A stretch of DNA of 20,000 nucleotides from an uncultured virus (IMG/VR IMGVR_UViG_3300042402_007133) (Duplodnaviria > Heunggongvirae > Uroviricota > Caudoviricetes), in IMG/VR virus record IMGVR_UViG_3300042402_007133. One strand, 5' to 3'. Below are positions 1 through 8,805 of the stretch, piece after piece (within the stretch, counting starts at the first letter, position 1; every line of letters starts with the position of its first letter). The notes below the pieces were generated by a model that saw only the letters and a program-made list of their open reading frames with translations, did no database searches and was not told the DNA's origin. Made by a program: the position numbers and the translations under genes.

Positions 1-1
1 C

Positions 2-1072
2 ATGTCCATACGCCAGGACGTGACAAACATAAAGAAAAAAGAAGCAGAATTCAGAAACCGCATGACCGCCATAAACAATTCAAATGCGGTGATCGAATTT
101 GACACAGAAGGTAATATCATCTACGCAAATAACCAGTTTTTAAGTGCAATGGGTTATAAAATGGATGAGGTACAAGGAAAACATCATAGAATTTTTGTAG
201 ACCTAGAGTATGCTGAATCTAAAGAGTACGAAGAATTTTGGGAACAACTACGTAAGGGAAATTATATGTCTGGCGAAGTATCCCGGGTTAAAAAGGACGG
301 CTCTCTTATACAACTTCAATCCACTTACAATCCCATATTCAATACGTCCGGTCAAGTTTATCGCGTGATGAAAATTGCAGTGGATGTCACAGACAGGCTT
401 AACCAAAGAAGAGAGATAGAGAAGAAGAACTCCTACCTTGAACATGCTGCCAAGATACTCAGGCACGATATGCACAGTGGCATCAACACATACATACCAA
501 GAGGCATTAGTTCACTGGAGCGAAGACTCCCGGAGGAAAAGCAGAAGGACCTAAAGGTAGATGCGCCCATAAAGATGATCAAAGAGGGCCTTCGACACAC
601 GCAGAAAGTGTATAAAGGAGTTTATGAGTTTACCAACCTGGTAAAAAAGGATGTTGTGTTAAATAAGACAATGTGCAACCTCTCAACAATACTTGATGAC
701 TATCTTTCTGCTACTGCATACAGACCACAAGTTATAATTTCGGACCTTGGTGAGTCTGAAGTGAATGAGGCACTGTTTTGTACCGCAATTGATAACCTGA
801 TCAGGAACGGTTTGAAGTATAATGACAGTCTGAAAAAAGAGGTGCATATACGAAGAGAAGGAGATCTTCTTTTTGTTGAAGACAATGGAAGAGGAATGAC
901 GCCAGCAGAATTCAAATATCTGTCTCAGCCATACACAAGAAAGGAAGGACAGAATGAATCCGGAACTGGCCTGGGTCTTAACATCTGTGTTGCAATAATT
1001 GAAGAGCACGGGTTTGAACTAAATTGTCAACAAGTTACAACGGGAACAAGGATGGAGATAAAGTTAAAATAA
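2..1072 (+). CDS. PAS-domain sensor histidine kinase (5'-truncated by window edge)
   Basis: Opens with the PAC tail of an upstream PAS domain (SIRQDVT), then a full PAS/PAC domain (AVIEFDTEGNIIYANNQFL...GKHHRIF...KIAVDVT). Kinase motifs: H-box KILRHDMHS, N-box AIDNLIRNGLKY, G1 VEDNGRGM, G2 GTGLGL. The frame is open to the window start. Confidence 0.93.
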   Translation: MSIRQDVTNIKKKEAEFRNRMTAINNSNAVIEFDTEGNIIYANNQFLSAMGYKMDEVQGKHHRIFVDLEYAESKEYEEFWEQLRKGNYMSGEVSRVKKDGSLIQLQSTYNPIFNTSGQVYRVMKIAVDVTDRLNQRREIEKKNSYLEHAAKILRHDMHSGINTYIPRGISSLERRLPEEKQKDLKVDAPIKMIKEGLRHTQKVYKGVYEFTNLVKKDVVLNKTMCNLSTILDDYLSATAYRPQVIISDLGESEVNEALFCTAIDNLIRNGLKYNDSLKKEVHIRREGDLLFVEDNGRGMTPAEFKYLSQPYTRKEGQNESGTGLGLNICVAIIEEHGFELNCQQVTTGTRMEIKLK

Positions 1073-1085
1073 CGCAAACAATAAA

Positions 1086-1517
1086 ATGATCGATTCAATT
1101 TTGCTGGTAGATGATGAAAGCCTCTTTCATCTGGTGTTTGAGGATGCATGCAGCCTCTTAGACGTCTCGTTAACACTAGAATGTCTTAGTAGTTCTGATG
1201 AAGCTGCAAGAATATTCGAAGACCTATACAAGAATAAAAAAAACAGGCCCGAATGTGTGTTTGTTGATCTAAACATCATTGGGTCATCATTTGATGGGAT
1301 TGAACTGATCAGAAAGATAAACTATGAATTTGGAAATGGGATGGTCATAGGGATCATATCATCATCAAATGAGCCAGCAGAACAAGAAAAAGCAAAGAAG
1401 GCAGGTGCGCAGTTTTGGATAATAAAATCTGATGATATTGAACCTAGACTAGAGGCATTCAAGAGTGATTTTGAAAAGTTCAAAGACCGCTCCATGCCGT
1501 TCAAAATTTATTCATGA
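1086..1517 (+). CDS. Single-domain (CheY-like) response regulator receiver
   Basis: Acidic pocket LLVDDE, phospho-acceptor VFVDL, FDGIEL, ISSS, and AGAQFWIIK with the conserved Lys. No output domain. Starts 13 nt after the kinase. Confidence 0.92.
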   Translation: MIDSILLVDDESLFHLVFEDACSLLDVSLTLECLSSSDEAARIFEDLYKNKKNRPECVFVDLNIIGSSFDGIELIRKINYEFGNGMVIGIISSSNEPAEQEKAKKAGAQFWIIKSDDIEPRLEAFKSDFEKFKDRSMPFKIYS

Positions 1518-2116
1518 TGAAAGTTGACAAGGCAATTCGTGATTTTCTCATGAATACACAAAGGGAAAAGAGAGTCGTGCTAGAAGGTAGCATACTCAAG
1601 CTTATTGAAGCTGAGGATGGAGATATTGAATTTTCTGCATATCTTAAAGACGCAATTGAGAAAGATAAATTCACAAGAAAAAGGAGACTTGAGGTCACCA
1701 AACAGGTCCAGGAACAAAACACAGAGCTGCTTAACTGGCAAAAAGAAAACCAGGAGTTGATGGATAATCTAAAAACTGCATTATCAGAAGCAGAATCTTC
1801 AAGAGCTCTTGCAGAAGAATCCAGGCTTGATGCAGAAAAGGCAAAGGATGTTGCACTAAATGATCTCGATGTTCTTCAAAAGCGTTCACAAACTGAATTG
1901 ATAAGCACAATAGTGAAAGTTGCATTGGCAGTCATCATTAGTGTCGGTTTTGTGACAACGGCAATGTATGCAATTGCAATGTGGACAGGAAAGGACACCC
2001 AGATCATTGGTTCTACATGGTCAAATATGTTTGGCATTCTTCTTACGAATGCATTTTCGATTGTTGGGACAATAATGGGCGTAAAATATGCATCAGAAAA
2101 CAATAGCAATCAATAG
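1514..2116 (+). CDS. Hypothetical membrane protein: long coiled coil plus two C-terminal TM helices
   Basis: E/K/Q/L/A heptad-rich middle region; hydrophobic segments IVKVALAVIISVGFVTTAMYAIAMW and MFGILLTNAFSIVGTIMGV; ATGA overlap with the receiver gene stop. Confidence 0.8.
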   Translation: MMKVDKAIRDFLMNTQREKRVVLEGSILKLIEAEDGDIEFSAYLKDAIEKDKFTRKRRLEVTKQVQEQNTELLNWQKENQELMDNLKTALSEAESSRALAEESRLDAEKAKDVALNDLDVLQKRSQTELISTIVKVALAVIISVGFVTTAMYAIAMWTGKDTQIIGSTWSNMFGILLTNAFSIVGTIMGVKYASENNSNQ

Positions 2117-2126
2117 ATATATAGAC
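2116..2126 (+). promoter_or_regulatory. Putative phage late promoter GATATATAGAC
   Basis: Identical 11-mer at 19386-19396 (minus strand), near-identical copies at 9867 and 15166; 15 nt upstream of ATG 2142. Confidence 0.6.
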
Positions 2127-2141
2127 AAAAATACAACCAAA

Positions 2142-2777
2142 ATGGCAAGAGTTTTGAACTTTACTCAGTTCATCAATGAGGCTGAGGATCAAAAGAAGAT
2201 TGAATACATCTATGACAAAGCAGGAAAAGAAGTAGAAAAGGCCATACTTAACCTAGAAGGTTCAGACAGCGCACAGATGACAAAGCTTATGAACAAGTTT
2301 GTTGAGACGTATGAACTTCTTAAGCAGGCACAGGAATCACACGATGAGGTTAAAGACGTCCTTAAGGATAAGATAAATGAATCTTTTACAGAGGAATTGA
2401 AGTTTGTCACAAGGATAATAAATACTGTCAAGTATGCATTCACATTCTCGAAGTATACAAAGGCAAAGGAAGAAACATCTGAAGTTGTTGATTACAAAGC
2501 TGCAATGAATGAGATGATGGAGATCTTCCCAGACATAAAGGATGGTCTGAAGGAGATAATAAAGAAACACACCGAAATAAAGAAGGTAGTAAAGAAGGAA
2601 ATCTCTGGTTCAATAAAGTACACACATGTAACTCTGAACGAGGGACTTTCAGACATTCTAAAGGGCCTAATTACAAAGCTTGAAGGTATTTTTTCATCAC
2701 TCTATCGTTCTCTTAAGACCATCGGCGGAAGGATCGATGATAAGTTTGAAAAGATCGATAGTCTATTAAAGGGTTAA
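2142..2777 (+). CDS. Hypothetical helical phage protein with N-terminal MARVLNFTQFINE peptide (possible virion/head protein)
   Basis: Start moved from 2088 to ATG 2142, which removes the overlap and places it after the promoter motif. FxxFINE N-terminus and an internal TLNE-G site. Confidence 0.75.
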   Translation: MARVLNFTQFINEAEDQKKIEYIYDKAGKEVEKAILNLEGSDSAQMTKLMNKFVETYELLKQAQESHDEVKDVLKDKINESFTEELKFVTRIINTVKYAFTFSKYTKAKEETSEVVDYKAAMNEMMEIFPDIKDGLKEIIKKHTEIKKVVKKEISGSIKYTHVTLNEGLSDILKGLITKLEGIFSSLYRSLKTIGGRIDDKFEKIDSLLKG

Positions 2778-2781
2778 TTTT

Positions 2782-2901
2782 ATGCCATGGACATCACAGC
2801 CAATAACAGTAGATGCTGATGTGATGGAAATTCTACAACAGCTTCCAGAAGAGGCCATAGTTGAATATCTGCAGTCTTTAGGATACGAAGTAAACAAGTA
2901 A
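2782..2901 (+). CDS. Small 39-aa hypothetical protein (MPWTSQPITVDADVMEILQQLPEEAIVEYLQSLGYEVNK)
   Basis: Translated by hand (below the ORF-track cutoff). Fills the gap between stop 2777 and the hairpin at 2907; composition suggests an amphipathic helix. Confidence 0.65.
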   Translation: MPWTSQPITVDADVMEILQQLPEEAIVEYLQSLGYEVNK

Positions 2902-2906
2902 AACCA

Positions 2907-2942
2907 GAAGGCCTTCTCAAAGAGATGGCCTTCATCTATTTT
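2907..2942 (+). terminator. Putative intrinsic terminator
   Basis: GAAGGCC-T-TCTC-AAA-GAGA-T-GGCCTTC stem-loop (2907-2933) followed by ATCTATTTT (imperfect U-tract). Confidence 0.5.
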
Positions 2943-2956
2943 GAAAGAAGAAAGTT

Positions 2957-4120
2957 ATGAGAGAGAAAGAAATACCCCTGTTTAAGGTCTACATGTCACA
3001 GGAGTCCATAGATAGAACAGTAGATGTTCTTAACTCAGGATTCATCGGCCAGGGACCTGTTGTTGATGAATTTGAATCAATGTTGAGAGAGCGATTCTCG
3101 TGGGACTACATCCTGACTGTCAACTCTGCAACTTCAGCAGAACATCTTGCCCTTCACATGTTGAAGGAAGAAGGCAAGACCGTTTTGAATTCAAGCTGGC
3201 CAGGAATACAACCAGGCGATGAGATACTTGCAACGCCGCTTACATGCACTGCATCAAACTGGCCTATACTTGCAAATGGATTCAACATCAAGTGGGTCGA
3301 CATAGATCCAACAACGATGAACATGGACCTTGACGACCTTGCAAGAAAGATTGGCCCAAAGACAAAGGCCATAATGATTGTGCACTGGGGCGGATATCCA
3401 AACGATCTCAACAAGCTCAAACAGATCCAAGAGAAGGCAAAAGAATTGTATGGCTTCAAGCCTGCAATAATTGAGGACTGTGCACATGCAATGGGAAGCA
3501 AGTTCAATGACAGATACATAGGAACTCATGGAAACATCTGCACGTTCAGCCTTCAGGCCATAAAGCACGTAACATCAGGTGATGGCGGTCTTCTCTTCCT
3601 TCCGCACAATGAATTGTACAGAAGAGGAAAGCTCCTTCGTTGGTACGGAATCGATCGAGAGTCAAACAGAAAGGATTTTCGATGTGAGGCCGACATACCA
3701 GAATGGGGATTCAAATTCCACATGAATGACATAAATGCTGCCATAGGAATGGGCAACATGAAGAAGATCGATGAGATAACAGGAAAGCACAAAAGCAATG
3801 CAGCATTCTATGACAGAGAGCTTGCGGGCGTAGCTGGAATCCAGACGTTGAAAAGAGAAAAGGGGCACGATTCTGCATTCTGGATATACAGCATCCTTGT
3901 TGAAAACAAAGATGGATTCCAAAGGTGGATGAAGGAGCGTGGCGTTGCAACAAGCCAAGTCCACGAGAGGAATGACATACACAGCACGGTAAGACAATAC
4001 AAATCAATACTTCCAAATCTAGACAAGACAGTACCAATGTTAAGCTCAATACCTGTGGGTTGGTGGCTGTCCGAAGAGGATAGAGAATGGATAGTTGAAT
4101 CCATAAAGATGGGCTGGTAA
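2957..4120 (+). CDS. DegT/DnrJ/EryC1/StrS-family PLP-dependent nucleotide-sugar aminotransferase
   Basis: NSATSA, KTKAIMIVHWGG, IIEDCAHA, FSLQAIKHVTSGDGG (PLP lysine), GFKFHMNDINAAIG. Confidence 0.95.
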   Translation: MREKEIPLFKVYMSQESIDRTVDVLNSGFIGQGPVVDEFESMLRERFSWDYILTVNSATSAEHLALHMLKEEGKTVLNSSWPGIQPGDEILATPLTCTASNWPILANGFNIKWVDIDPTTMNMDLDDLARKIGPKTKAIMIVHWGGYPNDLNKLKQIQEKAKELYGFKPAIIEDCAHAMGSKFNDRYIGTHGNICTFSLQAIKHVTSGDGGLLFLPHNELYRRGKLLRWYGIDRESNRKDFRCEADIPEWGFKFHMNDINAAIGMGNMKKIDEITGKHKSNAAFYDRELAGVAGIQTLKREKGHDSAFWIYSILVENKDGFQRWMKERGVATSQVHERNDIHSTVRQYKSILPNLDKTVPMLSSIPVGWWLSEEDREWIVESIKMGW

Positions 4121-4121
4121 A

Positions 4122-4718
4122 ATGAAGAATCTTTTAATGTTGCTATTGGCTGTGTTTGCTATACAAACATTGGCTGCACAAAAAAGGGATAGCGTAGTCA
4201 TAGAGAATGACATCTATAAGATAGTGTATTCAGAGGTCCTTGAACAGCCTCTGTACATCAGATACACAGTTCTTTGTCCAGAAGGAACAGCGTCAAGATC
4301 CGGAATGGACTTCTATACAGAAAAGACTGTCCATACATCAGATGGAGAAGACTATGAAAAGAATGTTTGGGACAAGGGACACTGTGCTCCTGCAGCAGAC
4401 TTCAATTGCACAAAAGAGATGCTGTACAAAACATTCTCATATGTAAACTGCATTCTACAACACGAGAAGCTTAATAGAGGCGCATGGAGGTTTCTTGAGG
4501 CCCATGAGAGAGAACTGGCAAAAACAAAAAACACCGTTGTGGAAATAAGGGTTGCATTCTCAAAGAAATCAATGAAGCTTCCAACTGGTGCAACAATTCC
4601 TGACGGTTTCTATAAGATGATATACACAAATGGAAATCTTGTTGAATGCTACTACTTTGACAATGCTATACCACCAGAACCAGACTACAACAGATATAAG
4701 ATGAACTGTAAAAAATAA
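4122..4718 (+). CDS. DNA/RNA non-specific endonuclease (NucA / His-Me family) with signal peptide
   Basis: DKGHCAPAADF (DRGH motif), LNRGAWRFLE, IPDGFYK; N-terminal signal peptide MKNLLMLLLAVFAIQTLAA. Confidence 0.9.
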   Translation: MKNLLMLLLAVFAIQTLAAQKRDSVVIENDIYKIVYSEVLEQPLYIRYTVLCPEGTASRSGMDFYTEKTVHTSDGEDYEKNVWDKGHCAPAADFNCTKEMLYKTFSYVNCILQHEKLNRGAWRFLEAHERELAKTKNTVVEIRVAFSKKSMKLPTGATIPDGFYKMIYTNGNLVECYYFDNAIPPEPDYNRYKMNCKK

Positions 4719-4726
4719 TACTTAAG

Positions 4727-5668
4727 ATGTTAACGAGAGAACAGACAAACCTTCTTGAAAGGATGAAGACTGATTTAGAAAGGGCAAAAAACCCGTTCTA
4801 TAAGCCAAGCGATTTCTTCTGGAAGAGGATAGTTGATGATTTTGAAAGACGCAGATTCAAGAATGAAGGAATTGGAGAGATACAGTCGCAGAGTTACAAT
4901 GCCTTGTTTGCATTCTTATCTGGACACAAGTCTTCTCTAACTGGGCACGATAACATAGACTTTGAAATATGTCTATGGACTTTTTATACGCTGCTAAAAT
5001 CCAGGGACAAACATGGACTGTTGGATAAGACAGAAGCCCTAATAGCAACAGATGGGAGCCTATACCTTGACACGGATCGTGTTGTAGGAAGGCCTAGCCA
5101 TTTAGAAAAGAAGCGCCTAACATGGGACTATCTGTTCTCAATGGATACAATACTTAGAATAGTTGAACAGTATCCAGAGGTATTGACCGAAGAGCTCAGC
5201 ATATGTGAAGTAGGAGCAGGCTGGGGAAGGCTATCCTACTACTTCACCCAAGTCAATAACAAACTGAGATACCACATATTTGACATACCACACGTGCTTC
5301 TCATATCACATGAGTACCTCGCTAGATCGACTAAGCACACAAGGGTGTTTTCTTATGATGAATCAAGCGTGTCAAGCAACGAACCAGGAATAAAGTTCTT
5401 TACATCAAACAAGCTTGAAGATCTTGATGGAAAGACATTTGACCTATTCATAAATCAGGCATCATTTCAAGAGATGACGCTAGAGCAGGTGACTGGCTAT
5501 TTTGAAAGAATAAACGTGCTAAGCAAAAGGTTCTACAGCTTTCAAAGGTATGAGTGTCTAGACATGGAATACAAGAAGTATCCTATTTACCCAAACTGGA
5601 CAAAAACATATGACGCAGACTGCTGCTTTGATCCTCTTTGGTTTGAACAATTCTTTGTAATAAACTAA
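4727..5668 (+). CDS. Putative sugar O-methyltransferase (SAM-dependent, TIGR04371-like)
   Basis: ICEVGAGWGRL, YHIFDIPHVLLIS and FDLFINQASFQEM...VTGYF motifs, recognised from memory of this family. Confidence 0.75.
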   Translation: MLTREQTNLLERMKTDLERAKNPFYKPSDFFWKRIVDDFERRRFKNEGIGEIQSQSYNALFAFLSGHKSSLTGHDNIDFEICLWTFYTLLKSRDKHGLLDKTEALIATDGSLYLDTDRVVGRPSHLEKKRLTWDYLFSMDTILRIVEQYPEVLTEELSICEVGAGWGRLSYYFTQVNNKLRYHIFDIPHVLLISHEYLARSTKHTRVFSYDESSVSSNEPGIKFFTSNKLEDLDGKTFDLFINQASFQEMTLEQVTGYFERINVLSKRFYSFQRYECLDMEYKKYPIYPNWTKTYDADCCFDPLWFEQFFVIN

Positions 5669-5681
5669 TTGATAATCATTT

Positions 5682-6488
5682 GTGATACACTACATCGTTG
5701 CAGTATTTACAGGAAAAAGACAAAATAAAGTAATAAATGCCCGTCTTTCTGATCCAGCATATCTTGTCAAGAAGCACCTGTTTGGGTTGGAAACGCTTAA
5801 ACTTCCAGATGTTGTAAAGGCAACTTTTGTTGTTAGCCCTTCTGACAATGAAGCTAGAGACCAGGAAGTGGTAGAATATGTAAAGAACTATGATAATAAG
5901 ACTAGCATAGAGATCGATGCGTACATAAAAGAAGACAATCTTCTGTTCTCATATGGCTCGTGGAACGATGCAATGGAAAAGAACATAGAGAATGATGAAC
6001 ACTTCTTTTTGATAGAGGATGATTACTTTCCGTGCTCGGATAATTTCTATGAGCCATTTGTTAAGAAGATGGAAGAAACTGATTCTGCATATGTTTGTCA
6101 GCTATGGTCTGATAAGTTTCTTAGCAGGCCATGTGCTGCAATAAGCAATGGATTGATGAGCATAGATGCAGCAAGATTCCACCACAAAAAATTTCGAGAG
6201 TGTCTTAATCTGAGAAAGCTAAAAAATCGTAAAGCCCTTAATCATCAGCAAGGCGTAACTGCTCAGATACACTTCCTAGACGGTTACCAAAAGCTTGCCT
6301 TTCCAATAACAGACATAGCAGAAGAATACGGTCAGCCGTTTCTTTCTCCAGAGAATCGTGTGTTCATGTATGGAAACAGGGTGAAGGGAATAATGATAAA
6401 GTGCGAAAGCTTTGGAGAGGTAAAGACAGAGCCAGCAACTTATCTACGTTATAGTCAAATAAGAATCACAGGATCAGGAGACGAATGA
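5682..6488 (+). CDS. Putative GT-A-fold glycosyltransferase, paralogue 1 of 3
   Basis: GTG start; FSYGSWN, HFFLIEDDYFP (DxD-like), AYVCQLW, AAISNGLM shared with 6485 and 7984. Confidence 0.6.
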   Translation: MIHYIVAVFTGKRQNKVINARLSDPAYLVKKHLFGLETLKLPDVVKATFVVSPSDNEARDQEVVEYVKNYDNKTSIEIDAYIKEDNLLFSYGSWNDAMEKNIENDEHFFLIEDDYFPCSDNFYEPFVKKMEETDSAYVCQLWSDKFLSRPCAAISNGLMSIDAARFHHKKFRECLNLRKLKNRKALNHQQGVTAQIHFLDGYQKLAFPITDIAEEYGQPFLSPENRVFMYGNRVKGIMIKCESFGEVKTEPATYLRYSQIRITGSGDE

Positions 6489-7249
6489 TAAACTATATTG
6501 TAGCATTATACGTTGGCCAAAGAGGAAACGGGGCTGTTAGCTCTCTGACAAAGGACCCAACATACATGGCAAAACGCCATCTTGATCTGTTATCATCCTT
6601 AAGCGTCCCTCTGATTAAAAAGGCAACTTTTGTAATATCTCCATCCTCTTCACATGAAGAAGACTTGCGAGCACTTGAGTTTATTCGAGAAAACAAAGTT
6701 AGTCTTAATGAAATTGAAGTAGATGCATTCATAGGACAGAATAATCACAACCATTCCTATGGATCTTGGAACTTTGCCATGAATAAACACATCAACGATG
6801 GGATGGACTTCTTTTTGATGGAGGACGACTATTTCCCATCAAGGGATGAGTTTTACATGCCATTCATTGAAAAAATGAATGATAGGATAGCATACGTCTC
6901 ACAGCTTTACACGCACACTAGGGAACAGAGAAAGCATGCAGCAATAAGCAACGGTCTTATGAACTATGTTGCAGCAAAGAAGCACCATGAAGAATTTGGA
7001 AACTCTATATCAATAGAAATTCCTAATAAAAAGCCATATGATGTGGGTGTTTACACCCAACTAAATTTTCTAAAGGGCTATGAAGGTATAGGGTACCGTA
7101 TGGATGATGTTTCAGAAAAGTATTGTCATCCATTTTTACAGAGAAGCAACAAAATAACAATATACGGAAATGTAAAGGGTGAAACTCTGATAGAACCAGT
7201 CTTCTATGAGGATAGGATAAGAAGCACCTATAAAGTTTTATCAATGTAA
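6485..7249 (+). CDS. Putative GT-A-fold glycosyltransferase, paralogue 2 of 3
   Basis: HSYGSWN, FFLMEDDYFP, AYVSQLY, AAISNGLM; ATGA overlap with paralogue 1. Confidence 0.6.
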   Translation: MINYIVALYVGQRGNGAVSSLTKDPTYMAKRHLDLLSSLSVPLIKKATFVISPSSSHEEDLRALEFIRENKVSLNEIEVDAFIGQNNHNHSYGSWNFAMNKHINDGMDFFLMEDDYFPSRDEFYMPFIEKMNDRIAYVSQLYTHTREQRKHAAISNGLMNYVAAKKHHEEFGNSISIEIPNKKPYDVGVYTQLNFLKGYEGIGYRMDDVSEKYCHPFLQRSNKITIYGNVKGETLIEPVFYEDRIRSTYKVLSM

Positions 7250-7265
7250 CCGTCAACTTTAAGAT

Positions 7266-7976
7266 ATGAAATTCTTGATACTACTATTTTACTATGAGAG
7301 GCCTGAACTTCTTAAAAATGCACTCTCAACTGTAAAGTCCTCAACATATAAGAATTGGGATCTATGTGTGATAGATGATGGAACAAAATTTCCAGCATTC
7401 AATGTCATAAATGAATGTTTCTCATCAGATGAACGAATGTCACACAAGATAACATACATTCAAACTTTTGATAGTGAGGAAAGGAAGAAGACCAGAGGAG
7501 GAAGCCAGTTTGGAGAGTATGCAAACTCAGCAATAAAGACAAGCGATGCAGACATCGTGTTAATGCTTTGTGATGACGATCTGCTAAAACCAGATTACAT
7601 GGAACTGCTGAATGAATTCTACATCAACAACCCAGATGTTAAGTATTCGTATGCACACCTGGACTTCTATGATCCTACAATAGGTCTTCCTAGTGAAAGC
7701 AATATGGTTAGCGATGGATACACAAAGTATCTTGTGAGAAACACACACCCAATAAATCCTGTAAGAAGGCTTGACTCATCACAGGTTAGCTGGAGAAGAA
7801 GGAACTGTTTGGATGATGGGATACTTTTTCCGTGTCCAAGGACATCTAACCTAGATGAAGTGATCTATGGACACATGTATGTTGCATGGGGAGAATGTGT
7901 ATTCAACGGAATAAATGGTCAATGGAAGGGAATACATGAAGGCCAACTAATAAACCTTGCAAGAAAAGATAGGTAA
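7266..7976 (+). CDS. Glycosyltransferase family 2
   Basis: YYERPELLKNALSTV, TYKNWDLCVIDDG, ANSAI...DIVLMLCDDDLL: typical GT2 N-terminal domain. Confidence 0.85.
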   Translation: MKFLILLFYYERPELLKNALSTVKSSTYKNWDLCVIDDGTKFPAFNVINECFSSDERMSHKITYIQTFDSEERKKTRGGSQFGEYANSAIKTSDADIVLMLCDDDLLKPDYMELLNEFYINNPDVKYSYAHLDFYDPTIGLPSESNMVSDGYTKYLVRNTHPINPVRRLDSSQVSWRRRNCLDDGILFPCPRTSNLDEVIYGHMYVAWGECVFNGINGQWKGIHEGQLINLARKDR

Positions 7977-7983
7977 AATAATA

Positions 7984-8805
7984 ATGGTAAATTACATAGT
8001 TGCTCTATACCTTGGAAAGAGAAGGAATGGCATGGTCCAGGATTGCATGGACAAGGATCCGTTCTATCTCCTGAAGTCACACATGCTTGCGATACACAAG
8101 TATAAAATGGATGGAATCCATAAGGTGACATTTGTCCTTAACCCGTCAGAAAATAAAGAGGCAGAGGATGCACTAGATTCTGTTTTTCAGGAATACAAGT
8201 CACTCTGTTCAAAGAAGGAAATAGAAATTGAGCTCATTAAAAACCCAGATAACAAGCACATATCATACGGTGCATGGAACTATGGTGTGATGAATGGGCT
8301 ATCAGACGAGAGGACAAAACACTTCTTCTTGTTGGAGGATGACTATGTCCCCTGTTCGGACAACTTCCATCTACCCTATATTGATAGAACGGGCCCGGAC
8401 ATAGCATATGTTTGCCAGCTTTGGACTCCATCATCTCCACAGCCAAAGTCCATACATTCTGGCCGTGTTGCAATAACCAATGGGCTTTTGAATGCAGACA
8501 TATCAAAAAAGGTGTTTGAGAAGTATGGAAGATGTTTCATGTTGGATGTAACAGGAGACTATGGGCATCTATCAAAATCAAAGACATTGGACGATGTATC
8601 AAAGAAGTACATCCTTTCTGGTCCTGCACAGAAGTTTTTTGTTAGACTATACCAAGATGAAAACTACAGGATCGTAGATCTTGGTCCTGGGTGGCAACAG
8701 CTGTTCTTAAATTCTAGAACTATAAAAACATATGGAGAAGGAAACCCTGCAACTCTTTATCCAATAAATGAATATGTTCCAATAACACCGGAGTCATTTT
8801 TATGA
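7984..8805 (+). CDS. Putative GT-A-fold glycosyltransferase, paralogue 3 of 3
   Basis: Start moved to ATG 7984 (MVNYIVALYLG aligns with the paralogue N-termini); ISYGAWN, HFFLLEDDYVP, AYVCQLW, VAITNGLL. Confidence 0.6.
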   Translation: MVNYIVALYLGKRRNGMVQDCMDKDPFYLLKSHMLAIHKYKMDGIHKVTFVLNPSENKEAEDALDSVFQEYKSLCSKKEIEIELIKNPDNKHISYGAWNYGVMNGLSDERTKHFFLLEDDYVPCSDNFHLPYIDRTGPDIAYVCQLWTPSSPQPKSIHSGRVAITNGLLNADISKKVFEKYGRCFMLDVTGDYGHLSKSKTLDDVSKKYILSGPAQKFFVRLYQDENYRIVDLGPGWQQLFLNSRTIKTYGEGNPATLYPINEYVPITPESFL

